Of a stretch of DNA of 64,000 nt, positions 63,878 through 64,000 are shown piece by piece (positions within the stretch are counted from its first letter, which is position 1; each line of letters opens with the position of its first letter). The position numbers were made by a program, and so were the translations under genes. The notes under the pieces were generated by a model. It worked only from the letters and a program-made list of their open reading frames with translations. It made no database searches and was not told the origin of the DNA. The stretch is from Somniosus microcephalus (Eukaryota): the NCBI GenBank assembly GCA_052327205.1, contig CM126206.1, positions 286,812,001 to 286,876,000 on the forward strand, in the 5' to 3' direction.

Positions 63878-64000
63878 GCATCCAAAACTCTGCTGCCCGT
63901 ATCCTAAGTCGCACCAAGTCCCTTTCCCCCATCACTCCTGTGCTCGCTGACCTACATTGGATGCTTGTCCGTGAACACCTCCATTTTAAAATTCTCATCC
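63878..64000 (+). mobile_element. L2 fragment running off the window end
   Basis: atccaaaactctgctgcccgtatcctaa...ctgacctacattgg. Confidence 0.85.

Overview
Eukaryotic, repeat-dense non-genic (intergenic or deep intronic) DNA. The repeat complement (tRNA-headed Deu-domain SINE like SacSINE1, L2 and CR1 3' ends, Penelope-type fragments) points to a cartilaginous fish, probably a shark; this is inference from remembered families, not a search. I found no host protein-coding exon I can support. Main contents: (i) a decayed Mag-like Gypsy (1-3557, minus) with a tRNA-Ser PBS; (ii) a 3.1-kb G-rich minisatellite; (iii) a nested stack of a SINE tail, a 7.3-kb transposase-deleted Harbinger with a spliced Myb/SANT pseudogene, and a young, almost intact 4.3-kb Gypsy (265-bp LTRs, 3 mismatches, CGTGG TSD); (iv) many SINE, LINE and MITE pieces. 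The best candidates for unusual biology are the young Gypsy, which has no tRNA PBS but a 13-nt sequence complementary to its own poly(A)-signal region (self-priming candidate) and a YLDN RT motif, and a TA-targeting MITE family carrying RFX X-box-like palindromes. Family names come from motif recognition only, and boundaries of old repeats are approximate.
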